Source: a virus | DNA: 64,000 bases | Strand: one strand, 5' to 3' | IMG/VR virus record: IMGVR_UViG_3300032053_000017 | Coordinates: 32,001-96,000 of that record | Shown: piece by piece, positions 8,637-18,926 of the stretch | Numbering within the stretch: position 1 is the first letter of the stretch | Layout: every line of letters begins with the position of its first letter | Translations under genes and position numbers: made by a program | The notes under the pieces: generated by a model | The model's database searches: none | The model's input: only the letters and a program-made list of their open reading frames with translations | What the model was told of the DNA's origin: nothing

Positions 8637-10159
8637 AGCAAGGCGCGCCCTTCGTTGAGAATCCGCAGCCCTTCACGCCGGAGGAGCTGATGGCCATCAC
8701 GCTTGGGCAGGCCTCTTTTCCGTACTTCCTTGAGCACATCTTTTCTGCATCGTTTGACAATCAGCTGTTTGTGATGGCTGACAGACAGCGTCATCCCTTT
8801 AGCTTGAGCCGGTTGCACTACGTGTGGGCAGGTTTGGCCCAGACTTACCCTCGACTATCTGTGATGGCCCCCCGCATGCACCTCAAGAGTACGGTGCTCA
8901 ACAACGCCTTCTGCATGTGGCAGCTGTTTCGAGGCGGGGGCGACTATATCGATGGGCTGGTGATTTCTTACAAGGATGAACTGGCCATGGACCACGTCGC
9001 GCGCATGAAGCGGTACTCTAAGGCTAACAAGTTCTTTAGGTTCTTTAGCGACCTCAAGCCGCGTTCTGAGCACGTGGTTGACTTCATATGTAATTTTGGA
9101 CTGGGGCAGTCTTGGGAGGGCGCAGTTGATGGTGTTGGTGTCATGAGCGCCAAGCGAGGACGCCACCCTCGTTTTGTTGTCTGCGACGACATCCTCAGCG
9201 ACTTTGCCAACCCCCTTGAGCCTGCGGCCTTGAAAAAGATCAACACTATCTTCAACACGGTTATCCAATCGCTGCCGTTGCCGGACGACCCATTGGTCCT
9301 GGTAGGCACCCCGCAGTCCTATGATGACACACTTTACAGGCTGCGGAACAACCCAGAGTTCTACTGGATACGGTGCCCAGCGCAGCCTGACCCTAATGAC
9401 CCATCAAAGACGGCGTGGCCGGAGCGCTTTGATGCGCGAGTGCTGCGTCAGGTTCGGCGGCGTGTTCAGCGAATGGCGTTCCAGGTCGAGTACCTTCTTG
9501 TACCATATCTAGCCGTGAACAGCTACCTGCCGCGCGAGTCAGTCGAACTTTGCGTTGATTCGGAATTGCATCGCTGGGGTCTGGATGAGTTGTTCGAGAA
9601 TTTGGACAACTGGCCAGTCTACGGCGGTATGGACATCGGTAAAGAGGCCCACCCGACTCACATCAGCATCGCGGTTCAGGCCCCTGATGGGACACTCGTG
9701 CAGGTATATGAGCAGTTCATCGATCACATGAAGTACAACGTGCAGGCAGTGTTGGTCAACAAGCTGATTGAGCACTTCAACATCACCAAGTTCTACTATG
9801 ACAGCACGCGGGCAGAGTTGGATGACAGGGGGCTAACGCGGCGGGCTCGCGGCAAGAAGTTCACCAAGCAACGGAAGGTTCAGCTCGCACTGCAGCTGGA
9901 GAGGCATGTGTTTGCGGGCTCAAATGAGCCGGGGATTCTTTTTCTTAGCAACGAGCGTCAGGTAAGTCAGATTTGCGCTGTCAACCCGCAGCTGAAGTCG
10001 CTAGAGACCTCTGAGGGTCACGGCGACAGTTTTTGGTCGAACGCGTTGATGGTTCAGGCGGCAGCAGATGGGCCGGGGATAACGATTCTGGGCGACGTCA
10101 ATGAGATCTGGTCGCGTAGTCCAGTTGACCAGTTCAAACGCGGCAATAGACCCGTATGA
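8633..10159 (+). CDS. terL: Terminase large subunit
   Basis: APRMHLKST Walker A, VVCDDI Walker B, LVGTP, nuclease motifs GMDIG and GHGDSFWS. Confidence 0.9.
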   Translation: MKQGAPFVENPQPFTPEELMAITLGQASFPYFLEHIFSASFDNQLFVMADRQRHPFSLSRLHYVWAGLAQTYPRLSVMAPRMHLKSTVLNNAFCMWQLFRGGGDYIDGLVISYKDELAMDHVARMKRYSKANKFFRFFSDLKPRSEHVVDFICNFGLGQSWEGAVDGVGVMSAKRGRHPRFVVCDDILSDFANPLEPAALKKINTIFNTVIQSLPLPDDPLVLVGTPQSYDDTLYRLRNNPEFYWIRCPAQPDPNDPSKTAWPERFDARVLRQVRRRVQRMAFQVEYLLVPYLAVNSYLPRESVELCVDSELHRWGLDELFENLDNWPVYGGMDIGKEAHPTHISIAVQAPDGTLVQVYEQFIDHMKYNVQAVLVNKLIEHFNITKFYYDSTRAELDDRGLTRRARGKKFTKQRKVQLALQLERHVFAGSNEPGILFLSNERQVSQICAVNPQLKSLETSEGHGDSFWSNALMVQAAADGPGITILGDVNEIWSRSPVDQFKRGNRPV

Positions 10160-10190
10160 GGTTTCTAGATAGGGCACGGTGAGATAGTAT
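10160..10190 (+). promoter_or_regulatory. Promoter GGTTTC-N19-TAGTAT, leaderless start at 10197
   Basis: Motif recurs with identical spacing at several intergenic sites. Confidence 0.6.
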
Positions 10191-10196
10191 AGTACT

Positions 10197-10421
10197 ATGC
10201 CAAATATCAACACGAATCGACGGCATCTTGAGGAGGCGCAGCGGCGCAGAGCTTTGAGGGAACGCGCCGGCAGTCTTGCCGGACGTCGTGGCCAATTCAT
10301 CAGGTACATGGAGGATAACGGTTTTTCGTCCGAAGCCCGTGAGGCCGAACTTAAGAAGTACGAGGAGCTGGTCGAGCGTCTGGAGGAGCAGGCCGAGTAC
10401 GAGGCTGTAGATGGACTCTGA
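10197..10421 (+). CDS. Hypothetical protein
   Basis: ATG 6 nt after -10 box; weakly resembles next ORF. Confidence 0.5.
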   Translation: MPNINTNRRHLEEAQRRRALRERAGSLAGRRGQFIRYMEDNGFSSEAREAELKKYEELVERLEEQAEYEAVDGL

Positions 10422-10728
10422 TCACGGCTTTCGGCTTACTTCACCTTTTGCGCGGTCGCGTGAGCGGCCCAAACTTCCAGTTGAGTTGCTTGACTTGACC
10501 GAGGCTGACTATGCTGCGCAGCTGCGGGAGTACGGGTATGGCGAGCGCGCCATCCAGAAGGAGTTGGTCAAGCTGCGGGACTACCTTATCAAGATGACGC
10601 CAGTGGACACGACGCCGACTGTGCAGCCCGGTCCCGTTAAGGGTCGGCTGTTCAATGACTGGGCGCGTGCGGCGCGGAGACGGCGGGTACGAAAGGAATA
10701 CAGCGATGACGAGACGAACGAGCGGTAA
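10411..10728 (+). CDS. Hypothetical protein
   Basis: Coupled ORF. Confidence 0.5.
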   Translation: MDSDHGFRLTSPFARSRERPKLPVELLDLTEADYAAQLREYGYGERAIQKELVKLRDYLIKMTPVDTTPTVQPGPVKGRLFNDWARAARRRRVRKEYSDDETNER

Positions 10729-11059
10729 GATACCGGGTGTCGGGTATGTGCGCCAGTCTGTTTCTGTTGATGCGCTCCAGATGATCGGGCGGTGGCTGGT
10801 GGTTGCGGAGGAGTTCGACAATCCGGTGCAGGCGTCGGGTCTTTTGATTGTTCGCCCTGGCACGCTGAATACTGTGTTTGGACGGGTGCTGCGTGCTGGC
10901 CCAGAGTGTGAGCTTGATGGCGTTAAAGAGGGCGATCGAATCTTGTTTGAACGGTGGGCTGGCGGACGGTGGGCCTTGAAGGACGCAGAGGGACTTGATG
11001 TACGCGTACTTATCATGAGCGCGGACTCGATTGTCGCCCGTGTCGAGGTAACTGATTGA
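10706..11059 (+). CDS. GroES/Cpn10-like co-chaperonin 1
   Basis: IGRWLVV..ASGLLIV..GRVLRAGP..VKEGDRILF..IMSADSIVA. Confidence 0.75.
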   Translation: MTRRTSGKIPGVGYVRQSVSVDALQMIGRWLVVAEEFDNPVQASGLLIVRPGTLNTVFGRVLRAGPECELDGVKEGDRILFERWAGGRWALKDAEGLDVRVLIMSADSIVARVEVTD

Positions 11060-11769
11060 TGCCGACAGGCGTATTTGAACGAACGCCCGAGTTACGCGCA
11101 CGGATTGGCGCGACTTTGAGGGGTCAGTCAAAGTCTCCTGAGCATTGTACGGCTATCAGTGCTGCTCGGAAGACATCTCCTGCGGCTGCTGCGCAGCTGG
11201 CGAGACTGCTTATGGATCCTGTGATACGGATGAAGCGAGGTACGTCATTGAGGATGAGCCTAAAGGCTATTGCTCAACGGGAGATGCTTAATCACGATCC
11301 CACAATTATGGCGAGGAGGCGTGAGTCACTGAGGACAAGTCCGAAAGCGAAAGCCCATAATCAAGTCGTGGGTGCTATGGGCAGGGCGGCCGCACGTCAA
11401 GCCCATCCTACTGGTATCGAGTGTATCTTGCGCGAGTTCCTGTTGCCGACGCTCCTGCCTGGGCGGCGTATACTTAGCGAGCACCGTATCAAGTGCCCTG
11501 CGGATTTTCGCAATCAGCTTATGTATCAGGTCGATGCCTATGTCCCGGCCCTCCGTCTGGTGGTTGAGGCCGACGGCGACTATTGGCACGGCCTGCACGA
11601 CGTGCGGGTTCGCGACTACTACAAGGATGAGTTCTTGCGGACCGACGGTTTCACCGTGGTCCACTTCATGGGGAATGAGCTCAACGCGTGGGTCGGCGGG
11701 CGGGACCCTGGTTCAGAGTTTTGGCGGAAGATAGACATCCTCTTGGCAGTGGTCAGGGAGGAGGAATAA
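11059..11769 (+). CDS. Free-standing Vsr/DUF559-like endonuclease with NUMOD3-like N-terminus
   Basis: KSPEHCTAISAA; VDAYVPALRLVVEADGDYWH..KDEFLRTDGFTVVHF. Confidence 0.75.
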   Translation: MPTGVFERTPELRARIGATLRGQSKSPEHCTAISAARKTSPAAAAQLARLLMDPVIRMKRGTSLRMSLKAIAQREMLNHDPTIMARRRESLRTSPKAKAHNQVVGAMGRAAARQAHPTGIECILREFLLPTLLPGRRILSEHRIKCPADFRNQLMYQVDAYVPALRLVVEADGDYWHGLHDVRVRDYYKDEFLRTDGFTVVHFMGNELNAWVGGRDPGSEFWRKIDILLAVVREEE

Positions 11770-11773
11770 CAGC

Positions 11774-13759
11774 ATGAGCTGGCAGACCTATCTGCGGTCA
11801 GTGATGAACCGCGCACTTGTGCCACCGGGTGGACAGAGCCTCGGCGCTGGCCCCAGCTCGTATGGATCGAACCTCATGGACTTCCTAGGGGAAAGGATCC
11901 AGGCGGGAGGCTCGGGGCTGTCTACTGCGGAGTTTGCGCGTGACGTGATGCTGAAGTCTGCCGCGCACGCTTCTGGTGGACTCATAGGCATTAACGACTA
12001 CGGGTTCAAGGGCAAGCGCCAGTACATAGCCGACAGGCGCTACCTGCTGGACCTTTATGTCATACACTACAACAACTCTGACATCAGGACGGTGACCACC
12101 CACCTTCGGAATGAGATATTCCGGCGCGGCATCGAGTGGGAGCCGGCATTTGAGTGGAAGTGCGGGCAGTGCGAGAAGGAGTACACTTCGTCTGAGGCTA
12201 AGACGATGAAGAATCGCTGCCGTGCGTGCGGTCCTTGGCATAAGGTCGTGGATGGCCAGAAGGTGCTGCTTGGCGCGGATGGCAAGCCTGTCAGAGACGA
12301 GCAGCGACCCGATGGTCGGGTGGCAAAGACAAAGCCGGCACGACCGCCGCTCTATCAGCCAGACGAGCGACAGAAGAAGCGGTTTGAGGGTTTCTTGACC
12401 GAGGCGAACTACTTTGGACAGAGCCTCGAGACCGTTCTCAGGGAGTGCGAGGACGATATCAACACGATCGATGATGCGTTCTTGTACTTGCGACCCGAGT
12501 ACACCATCCGTGCGGAGGATCACCAGGCCGCGATTGAGGGTAAGGATGTCCACCCGCAGAAGACGGTAAGGCACATCTTGCGGCTGGACCCGGTATTGAT
12601 CGAGTATGACCTCGACTACCGTGGCATTCCCGGTATGCGCCATCATCTGTGTGTCTTTCACCGGGAAAACATCATGGAGGTCCCGCCTGAGGAGGGATGG
12701 GAAGAGGAGTGGAAGGGTAAGTGCGGTGTCTGCGGACTTCAGACGTACCCTGTCTACTACAAGTACAACGAGCAGTACCTCCAGGGTGGCTATGGATCTG
12801 CGCAGACGAAGGTCATGTATCTGCTGCGCGATGAGGTTGTTCACTGGAGTTACTACACGCCGACGGAGCTCTATGGATACCCGCCTATCCTGAGCATCTA
12901 CGAGAAGGCTCTGACGCTTATCGGTATGGACCGGTACGTCTATGATTATTTCTACGAGCGCAAGGTCCCGCAGGGGATCATAGCGACGGCGACCGACGAC
13001 CCGCAGGGTATGGAGCAGCGCAAGGCCACGATCGAGGCGCGCATGCGGCAGGACCCCCACTACATCCCCTGGATCGCCGTGTCGAGCAAGACCGGCCAGG
13101 GGCGGACCGAGTTCGTACGGTTCGCTTACAGTCTCGATGAGCTGAACTACCTTCCGGTCCGTGACGAGATCAGGGAGCGTATCGCCGGCCTCTACGGCGT
13201 GTCCGCCATCTGGATGTCCTCGACCCAGAGCTCGGGCGGGCTCAACAACGAGAGCCAGCAGCTTGTCGTCATGAGTCGTGTGGTTGAGGGCAAACAGCGC
13301 ATCTACCACGAGGCGGTGTTCCCGCCCCTCATCGCCGCGTTTGGCATCACCGATTGGCACCTTCAGCTGCGGCAGCCGGAGGAGATGTCAGAGTTGGCGG
13401 AGATACAGGTACAGACCTCGAAGGCAGCTTGGGCCAGCACTATGGCTAGTATGGGCTTCGGCGTTCGGTACGACCAGGGCAAGGACGAGTACGAGATCTT
13501 CGGCGAGGTCAAGCCGGCGACAGAGCGTCAGCAGCAACAGGGCGGCGAGGCTGGAGGTCAGCCCGGCGGTGGAGGCGCAGCGGGCGGTGGACCGCCGGTG
13601 CCTGGTACATTTGGGTTGATGCAGAAGTCTGACCCGGGCGCTGAGGAGACGGCTGAGGGCGATATCGATGGGATCATCGATGAGCCGCCTCAGGAGCCTA
13701 TGGACACGCGCGGTGAGGAAGAGGATGTTGTACTGGGTATAGATGATGACCTCTGGTAG
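11774..13759 (+). CDS. Portal protein with Zn-finger-like insertions
   Basis: DINTIDDAFL, YGYPPI..YFYERKVPQGII, ERIAGLYGV, GGLNNESQQ; CxxC pairs; lies between terL and MuF. Confidence 0.85.
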   Translation: MSWQTYLRSVMNRALVPPGGQSLGAGPSSYGSNLMDFLGERIQAGGSGLSTAEFARDVMLKSAAHASGGLIGINDYGFKGKRQYIADRRYLLDLYVIHYNNSDIRTVTTHLRNEIFRRGIEWEPAFEWKCGQCEKEYTSSEAKTMKNRCRACGPWHKVVDGQKVLLGADGKPVRDEQRPDGRVAKTKPARPPLYQPDERQKKRFEGFLTEANYFGQSLETVLRECEDDINTIDDAFLYLRPEYTIRAEDHQAAIEGKDVHPQKTVRHILRLDPVLIEYDLDYRGIPGMRHHLCVFHRENIMEVPPEEGWEEEWKGKCGVCGLQTYPVYYKYNEQYLQGGYGSAQTKVMYLLRDEVVHWSYYTPTELYGYPPILSIYEKALTLIGMDRYVYDYFYERKVPQGIIATATDDPQGMEQRKATIEARMRQDPHYIPWIAVSSKTGQGRTEFVRFAYSLDELNYLPVRDEIRERIAGLYGVSAIWMSSTQSSGGLNNESQQLVVMSRVVEGKQRIYHEAVFPPLIAAFGITDWHLQLRQPEEMSELAEIQVQTSKAAWASTMASMGFGVRYDQGKDEYEIFGEVKPATERQQQQGGEAGGQPGGGGAAGGGPPVPGTFGLMQKSDPGAEETAEGDIDGIIDEPPQEPMDTRGEEEDVVLGIDDDLW

Positions 13760-14621
13760 TCCTGGTCCTCGGTACACATTGTATCCCGGCGTGCGGGATA
13801 TTGCTCAGAGCCTCGAGAGTGTGCTCGGTGATGCGTACACCGGGCTTCTAGACAAGATCGTCGAGGATTGGCGTGCTCAGGGGGGCATGCTGACTCCGAC
13901 GCTTGCTCGGCAGATCGTTGAGAGAGAACTGCTTGAGTGGCCGATGATCACGGCGGGGCAGTACGCTGGACTGATCGACGATATCTTCATCGCCGGGTTC
14001 ATGGTCGGGATCGCAGACACGGGTGTACGCGTAGGACCTGACCATGGTGATGCGATGGCTCTGGACTGGATCAAGAGTAACCAGCATGGGTTCATCCCGG
14101 CGTTGCAGCGGTTCGCGGATGATGAGCGGAAGTTCTTCGAGGATGTGCTTGGGGACGCATACAAGGGGGTTGACCGCGAGGGTCGTATACGTCCGTTTGA
14201 CCTCGACGACATGACCAGGCGAGTTCAGGAGCATACGCAAGCCACTAAGTCGAGCATCGAGCGGGTGGTACGCACTGAGACTGCTAAGGTTACATCGCTG
14301 GGCAGGATCGCGGCCTGGGATAACGACCCTGACAAATACCTCTATGATTATCACTGGGTAGCGACCCACGACGACAGGACGAAGGACGTTTCGCTCCTCT
14401 TTGAGCGTGAGGGGCCGTACGAGTTCGACGGCATCAAGCAGCGGTGGACCGAGGACCACAATAAGCCGTGGCCGGTCATTAACAGGCACACCAACAAGCT
14501 TGAGTATCAGACATCGGCGTTCAACTGTCGCTGTACGGCGGCCAGAGCGCCTAAGTCCCCAGATACGCTGCTCGCACAGGGGCTCATCACCCATGAGCAG
14601 TATGAGGCGATGACCACTTAA
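13743..14621 (+). CDS. MuF / SPP1 gp7-like head morphogenesis protein
   Basis: RVVRTET, YHWVATHDDRT, FNCRCT. Confidence 0.85.
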   Translation: MMTSGSPGPRYTLYPGVRDIAQSLESVLGDAYTGLLDKIVEDWRAQGGMLTPTLARQIVERELLEWPMITAGQYAGLIDDIFIAGFMVGIADTGVRVGPDHGDAMALDWIKSNQHGFIPALQRFADDERKFFEDVLGDAYKGVDREGRIRPFDLDDMTRRVQEHTQATKSSIERVVRTETAKVTSLGRIAAWDNDPDKYLYDYHWVATHDDRTKDVSLLFEREGPYEFDGIKQRWTEDHNKPWPVINRHTNKLEYQTSAFNCRCTAARAPKSPDTLLAQGLITHEQYEAMTT

Positions 14622-14652
14622 GAGGTATTCTATCTCTGGAGGGAGACTGATT

Positions 14653-16011
14653 TTGGAGATTTTCTGGACCGAGGAACGAAAGCGGGCGCTGGCCGACTGC
14701 GTGGGCACAGAACAGATGCGCGCAGCATTTCCTGACCATGACCTTCATTATCTTGTCCAGCGACGCGCGCTATTTCGAAGGCAGCTGAAGGCACGCGGCG
14801 AGACGGTGCCAGAGGGGCGCAAGAGTCGGGCGTATGTCGCCGTAGAGGGCAGAGCGGTGGTGGAAGGGTCAGTGGATCAAGACATACTGATGTTGAAGGA
14901 TCAGCGCATTGACCTGTTGACAACTGTCAACAAAACTCTTAAGGCTAAGCTGGCGCATGCCATCGGCGACAAGTCTGTGCTTGAGGCGCTGCGCTATACG
15001 TCTGATGAGGAGGCCAAACTGGTTCGCGCGAGTTTCGCCTCGTTGGGTTCCTCTGAACTGCCGATCCCAAACATCATCCACAAGCACCCTCAGGACGCGG
15101 TGCTGTTCGAGAGCTGCCTCCACTACGGTGAGGTGGTGTCGCTGGCTGAGACTGGCGGGATCAGCAGCTATGATATCCCGACGGCCCAGGCCGCGTACCA
15201 GGTCTTGACTGAGGCAACGCTGGACCTACTGCGTAATCACCATTCAGGCGAGCAGTTCGAGACGGTGTGGGTTATCGACGTGGGCGACAACGTGTCGGGC
15301 GACATCCATGATGAGTTGAAGATCACGAATGAGCGGCCTATTGTCAGTCAGGTCAAGGGGGCGGCGCTGCTGAAGTCGCTGCAGTTGCGCGATATAGCCC
15401 GGCACTTCAAGCGCGTAGTGTTCGTAGGACTGCCGGGTAACCACGCGCGGACTACGCGCAAGCCCAGCTTCAAGCAGAAGTCTGAGGACTCGTTCGACCG
15501 TGCGGTATACGAGGACATGGCGCTGCTACTGTCGCAGATCCCGAACGTTGAGATGCGCATTCCGCGGTCGTCTCGCGAGGTCGTTAACATCAACGGGCAC
15601 AACTTCATGTTTGAGCATGGGGACAGTATCCCGTCCTGGATGGGCATTCCCTTCTATGGTGCCCAGCGCGAGGACGCTAAGTTGACCAAGCTCTACACCA
15701 ACTATTTCAACCAGGGGTTCCGTTACTTTGGGTTCGGGCACTTCCATCAGGTGGGGTTCCTTCAGACGCCGGGCGGTGGTGAGATGATCATGACTGGCTC
15801 GCCGAAGGGCGGTGATGAGTTCTCGTTGGGCAGACTTTCGACTGCGTCACAGCCTTCACAGATCCTGTTTGGGGTGCATCCGACGCGTGGGGTATCATTC
15901 AGGTACCCGTTGGACTTGAGCACCCGTGATCCGGAGATACATACGGAATACCAGTTTGAGCTGTCAGACATGACTCTGCTGGAAGCCGCAAAGGGGCTTG
16001 GGTTGCTGTAG
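14653..16011 (+). CDS. Calcineurin-like metallophosphoesterase
   Basis: SCLHYG, GDNVSG, GNH, EHGD, GHFH. Confidence 0.8.
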   Translation: MEIFWTEERKRALADCVGTEQMRAAFPDHDLHYLVQRRALFRRQLKARGETVPEGRKSRAYVAVEGRAVVEGSVDQDILMLKDQRIDLLTTVNKTLKAKLAHAIGDKSVLEALRYTSDEEAKLVRASFASLGSSELPIPNIIHKHPQDAVLFESCLHYGEVVSLAETGGISSYDIPTAQAAYQVLTEATLDLLRNHHSGEQFETVWVIDVGDNVSGDIHDELKITNERPIVSQVKGAALLKSLQLRDIARHFKRVVFVGLPGNHARTTRKPSFKQKSEDSFDRAVYEDMALLLSQIPNVEMRIPRSSREVVNINGHNFMFEHGDSIPSWMGIPFYGAQREDAKLTKLYTNYFNQGFRYFGFGHFHQVGFLQTPGGGEMIMTGSPKGGDEFSLGRLSTASQPSQILFGVHPTRGVSFRYPLDLSTRDPEIHTEYQFELSDMTLLEAAKGLGLL

Positions 16012-16014
16012 ATC

Positions 16015-16317
16015 ATGGTTGAGGAGAACGCGGTACAATTTTCGCCAGAGGAACTGCTCTACTACCTCTACCTGAAGCGGCGGCGCAAGGCTGGGGAAGT
16101 TGGCTCGCGTATGACCATGGGTGATGTTGTTGTGGCGCACAACAAGCTTCGTGCTTTACTGGGTGACGGCATGACCATATCCGAGGAGGGAGATGTAAGC
16201 TCGGTGAAGAGCACGGCGGGGCCGCTACAGGTCGAGATGACTGAGGAGATGCAGGCGCTCTGTGATCTGCTTTACGTTGAGATCTCGAGCGAGCAGGGAG
16301 GGGAGGATGCCCCTTGA
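16015..16317 (+). CDS. Hypothetical protein
   Basis: Operon-embedded ORF. Confidence 0.5.
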   Translation: MVEENAVQFSPEELLYYLYLKRRRKAGEVGSRMTMGDVVVAHNKLRALLGDGMTISEEGDVSSVKSTAGPLQVEMTEEMQALCDLLYVEISSEQGGEDAP

Positions 16318-16729
16318 GAATAGACTCGTACGCGCGATGACCCGTGGCCTGCAGGACTTTGGTGAGGCCGTGTTTCTCCTCTCGCAGCAGCCTGGCTACG
16401 TTCCAGTAGATAAGGGCACACTGAAGAAAAGCGGGGTTTTCAGGTTGCTGCCCAATGGTTTTGAGATCGTGTACCGCACTCCGTATGCGGCGCCAGTTCA
16501 TTTTGGGGTTCCTGAGCATGATGAGACGGTTCGACGGCATTGGGTGCGTCCTTTCAGAAGGATCAAGCCACGTTCAACGCTGGTGCACGGGCACTTCCGG
16601 GGTCCGTTTGGACGGCACATGAGCACACGGGAAGCTCGGCCCTGGCTGCAGAACGCTGTTGACAGTCTATATCCAGAGATCGGCAAATACTTGAAACGGC
16701 GACTCGTCATTGAGTTCCAAGGGCGGTAA
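16307..16729 (+). CDS. HK97 gp10-like neck/tail-completion protein
   Basis: VPVDKGTLKKS, TPYAAPVHFG, ARPWLQNAVD. Confidence 0.7.
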   Translation: MPLENRLVRAMTRGLQDFGEAVFLLSQQPGYVPVDKGTLKKSGVFRLLPNGFEIVYRTPYAAPVHFGVPEHDETVRRHWVRPFRRIKPRSTLVHGHFRGPFGRHMSTREARPWLQNAVDSLYPEIGKYLKRRLVIEFQGR

Positions 16730-16946
16730 GATGGCAGCCAGGCAACGTCGATATCGTAAGGCTACAGTGTCCGCGCGGGTGCTCGCTGCTGAGCTAGCTG
16801 CCGCGGTCCGCAAGTATGTGGTGCCTGCCGAAAGTGGTCCGAGGAAAAAGACATTCAGGCGTATCAATCCGCTCAATCTGCCAGACGACGCTGGCGCAAG
16901 CTACGGCAGTAACTACGGACCTGTCTCGTAGGGGAAGGGGTAGTAC

Positions 16947-17405
16947 TTGAGACTCATCGGACTTGACTTATCGACGAAGAAGATCGCGATAGCTGTATAT
17001 GACGGCGAGGGTACCGTCCCGCGGTTCGTAGAGGTGGTTGCACGCGGCAGACACGCCACCGATAGGCTGGACGCTCTTCTGGTGAACTTCCGCAACCAAC
17101 TTGCACAGCTTAAGCCGGTGTGGGGCGCATTCATCGAGGACGTCTCGTTTGTCAGGAGTCGTCGCGCTGAGCTGGACCTGGCACAGGTCTTAGGCGGGGT
17201 GAAGGCGCACTTGATTGAGGCCGGGATCACCTACATAGCAGTCAACAACATGACCTGGAAGCATGATCTGGGACTCGGGGGGCGAGCGTCCAAGACTAAC
17301 ATCGCCGAGTACGTCAGTGAGCGTTGGCTCGGCTTGGTGGTGCCGAGTCAAGACTGTGCTGACGCGCTTTGTGTGCTTGAGTGGGGGGTTCTGCAAGATG
17401 GGTAA
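16947..17405 (+). CDS. ruvC: RuvC-like Holliday junction resolvase
   Basis: IGLDLS, FIED, WK..G.ASK, DCADALC. Confidence 0.8.
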   Translation: MRLIGLDLSTKKIAIAVYDGEGTVPRFVEVVARGRHATDRLDALLVNFRNQLAQLKPVWGAFIEDVSFVRSRRAELDLAQVLGGVKAHLIEAGITYIAVNNMTWKHDLGLGGRASKTNIAEYVSERWLGLVVPSQDCADALCVLEWGVLQDG

Positions 17406-17816
17406 GAATGCACAGAGGCGGCGGGAGGTTAAGGCCGCACGGCCTGCAGGGGTGGCGAGCGTGCTTATCCCTCTACGGGGGAGCCGGGCGCTGCGTCGGA
17501 GATTTGATCGGGTGATGCATAACGCGATTACGCGCGAGATGCGGCGTGCACAGCGTAGACACGTAGTGGAGGAGACCGATGGTGACGGCAGTAAAGCCAA
17601 AGCCCCAGACGGTCCAGACGATCAGAGTTCCGGTTGAGCTCAACAGAGTCGTAGATCGGGACCGGTTCTTCATCTTTGTCGCTGACCTGCTGACAGCTCT
17701 CGTAGATCGGCGCGAGAAGTACGCCATGCTGGCGGCCGGTAGGGGTCAGATGACTGTATTTCTAGGCGACCACGAGTACGACGTGCGCAACGCTCAGCGT
17801 CCCAAGGAGAGGTAAG

Positions 17817-18194
17817 ATGCCAGACGATGAGTCGGCCTACACTATGGAGTTCGACGAGATCCTTGCCCTTCTGAATGGCCCGCAGGAGTCATTTCCTGAA
17901 CTGCGCGGGCAGGCGGAGGCGTTGATGCTCGGCAAGTATGACGAGATGATTCATCAGGTCGCTCATCATATGCTGCTCTTGGGTATGGTAGCTCCCACCC
18001 GCTGCGACATCATGCAGCCCGTGCTGTACACGATGATCGTTTTCGGTTACATACTTGGTGCGACAGGCGCGAAACTGTCTCCTGATGAGGAGGGCGCGGA
18101 GCCGAAGCGCATCATGAGCGGTGAGGAGCTGGGCAAGCTACTGGGTGACCTTGATTTGAATCTGGAGTCAGACAGTGAGGAGAAAATAGAATGA
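17817..18194 (+). CDS. Hypothetical protein
   Basis: RBS AAGGAGAGG, 125 aa. Confidence 0.5.
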   Translation: MPDDESAYTMEFDEILALLNGPQESFPELRGQAEALMLGKYDEMIHQVAHHMLLLGMVAPTRCDIMQPVLYTMIVFGYILGATGAKLSPDEEGAEPKRIMSGEELGKLLGDLDLNLESDSEEKIE

Positions 18195-18532
18195 CGGCTG
18201 TATACACGCCGATCGACAACCGGGTGTTGGTAGAGGTTGTCCGTCCCAGTGCGGAGACTGTCGGGGGAATCTTTATCCCTGAGTCGGCGCAGGAGATCTC
18301 GGCTGTCGGAATAGTGCTGGCGCGCGGCCCACTGGCGTACGAGGCCATCGTAGTAGGTGCTCGCGTGCTCTTTCATCCGCTCTTGGTTGATGAGGCATGG
18401 GATGAGGATGGCAGGCGGCTGGCGTTCATGCTCGATGATAACATCTACGCGGTCATAGCAGACGCCTATGATGGTACTGGGAGGATCCCTGACACACTGC
18501 CAGGAACACTGTTGAGTGATAAAGGAGAATAG
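18191..18532 (+). CDS. GroES/Cpn10-like co-chaperonin 2
   Basis: PIDNRVLV..ETVGGIFIPESAQE..GIVLARGP..VGARVLF..DNIYAVI. Confidence 0.85.
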   Translation: MTAVYTPIDNRVLVEVVRPSAETVGGIFIPESAQEISAVGIVLARGPLAYEAIVVGARVLFHPLLVDEAWDEDGRRLAFMLDDNIYAVIADAYDGTGRIPDTLPGTLLSDKGE

Positions 18533-18534
18533 CG

Positions 18535-18924
18535 GTGCAGGTTGAGCTGGTAACACTTCTGGGTATCTTTGCGGCGGCGTGCGCGGTCAACCAGATCTCG
18601 CACCTGATCTTGGAGGGAAGCCTGTTCGCAGGGCTGCGGCGGTGGGCGGAGCAGAAGGAGTTCGTGCGCGAGGGGCCCGGGGTGAAGGGCATAGCGCTGC
18701 GTGAGAAGAGAGGCCTCTTTTCATCATACATCCGCGGGTTGTTTGACTGTCGGCTCTGCTTCGCGCAGGAGGTCGCCGTCGCGGTGACGTGGGCGACACT
18801 CGCGCTGGCGTATTCGGTTGACCCGGGGTTGACAAGCTGGCAGGGCTGGGCGGGAGCTGCAGTCTTTGGCCCGTTCATTGTCGGTGGTGTTGACTGGATT
18901 CTCAACGCATGCAGGGAGAACTAG
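18535..18924 (+). CDS. DUF1360-like membrane protein
   Basis: TM segments flanking LFDCRLC. Confidence 0.55.
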   Translation: MQVELVTLLGIFAAACAVNQISHLILEGSLFAGLRRWAEQKEFVREGPGVKGIALREKRGLFSSYIRGLFDCRLCFAQEVAVAVTWATLALAYSVDPGLTSWQGWAGAAVFGPFIVGGVDWILNACREN

Positions 18925-18926
18925 TA

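Noticed and set aside
11885-13360. Long minus-strand ORFs (e.g. 491 aa here, 42051-43133, 46146-47375)
   Set aside because: Antisense shadows of GC-rich plus-strand genes, with no motifs or RBS
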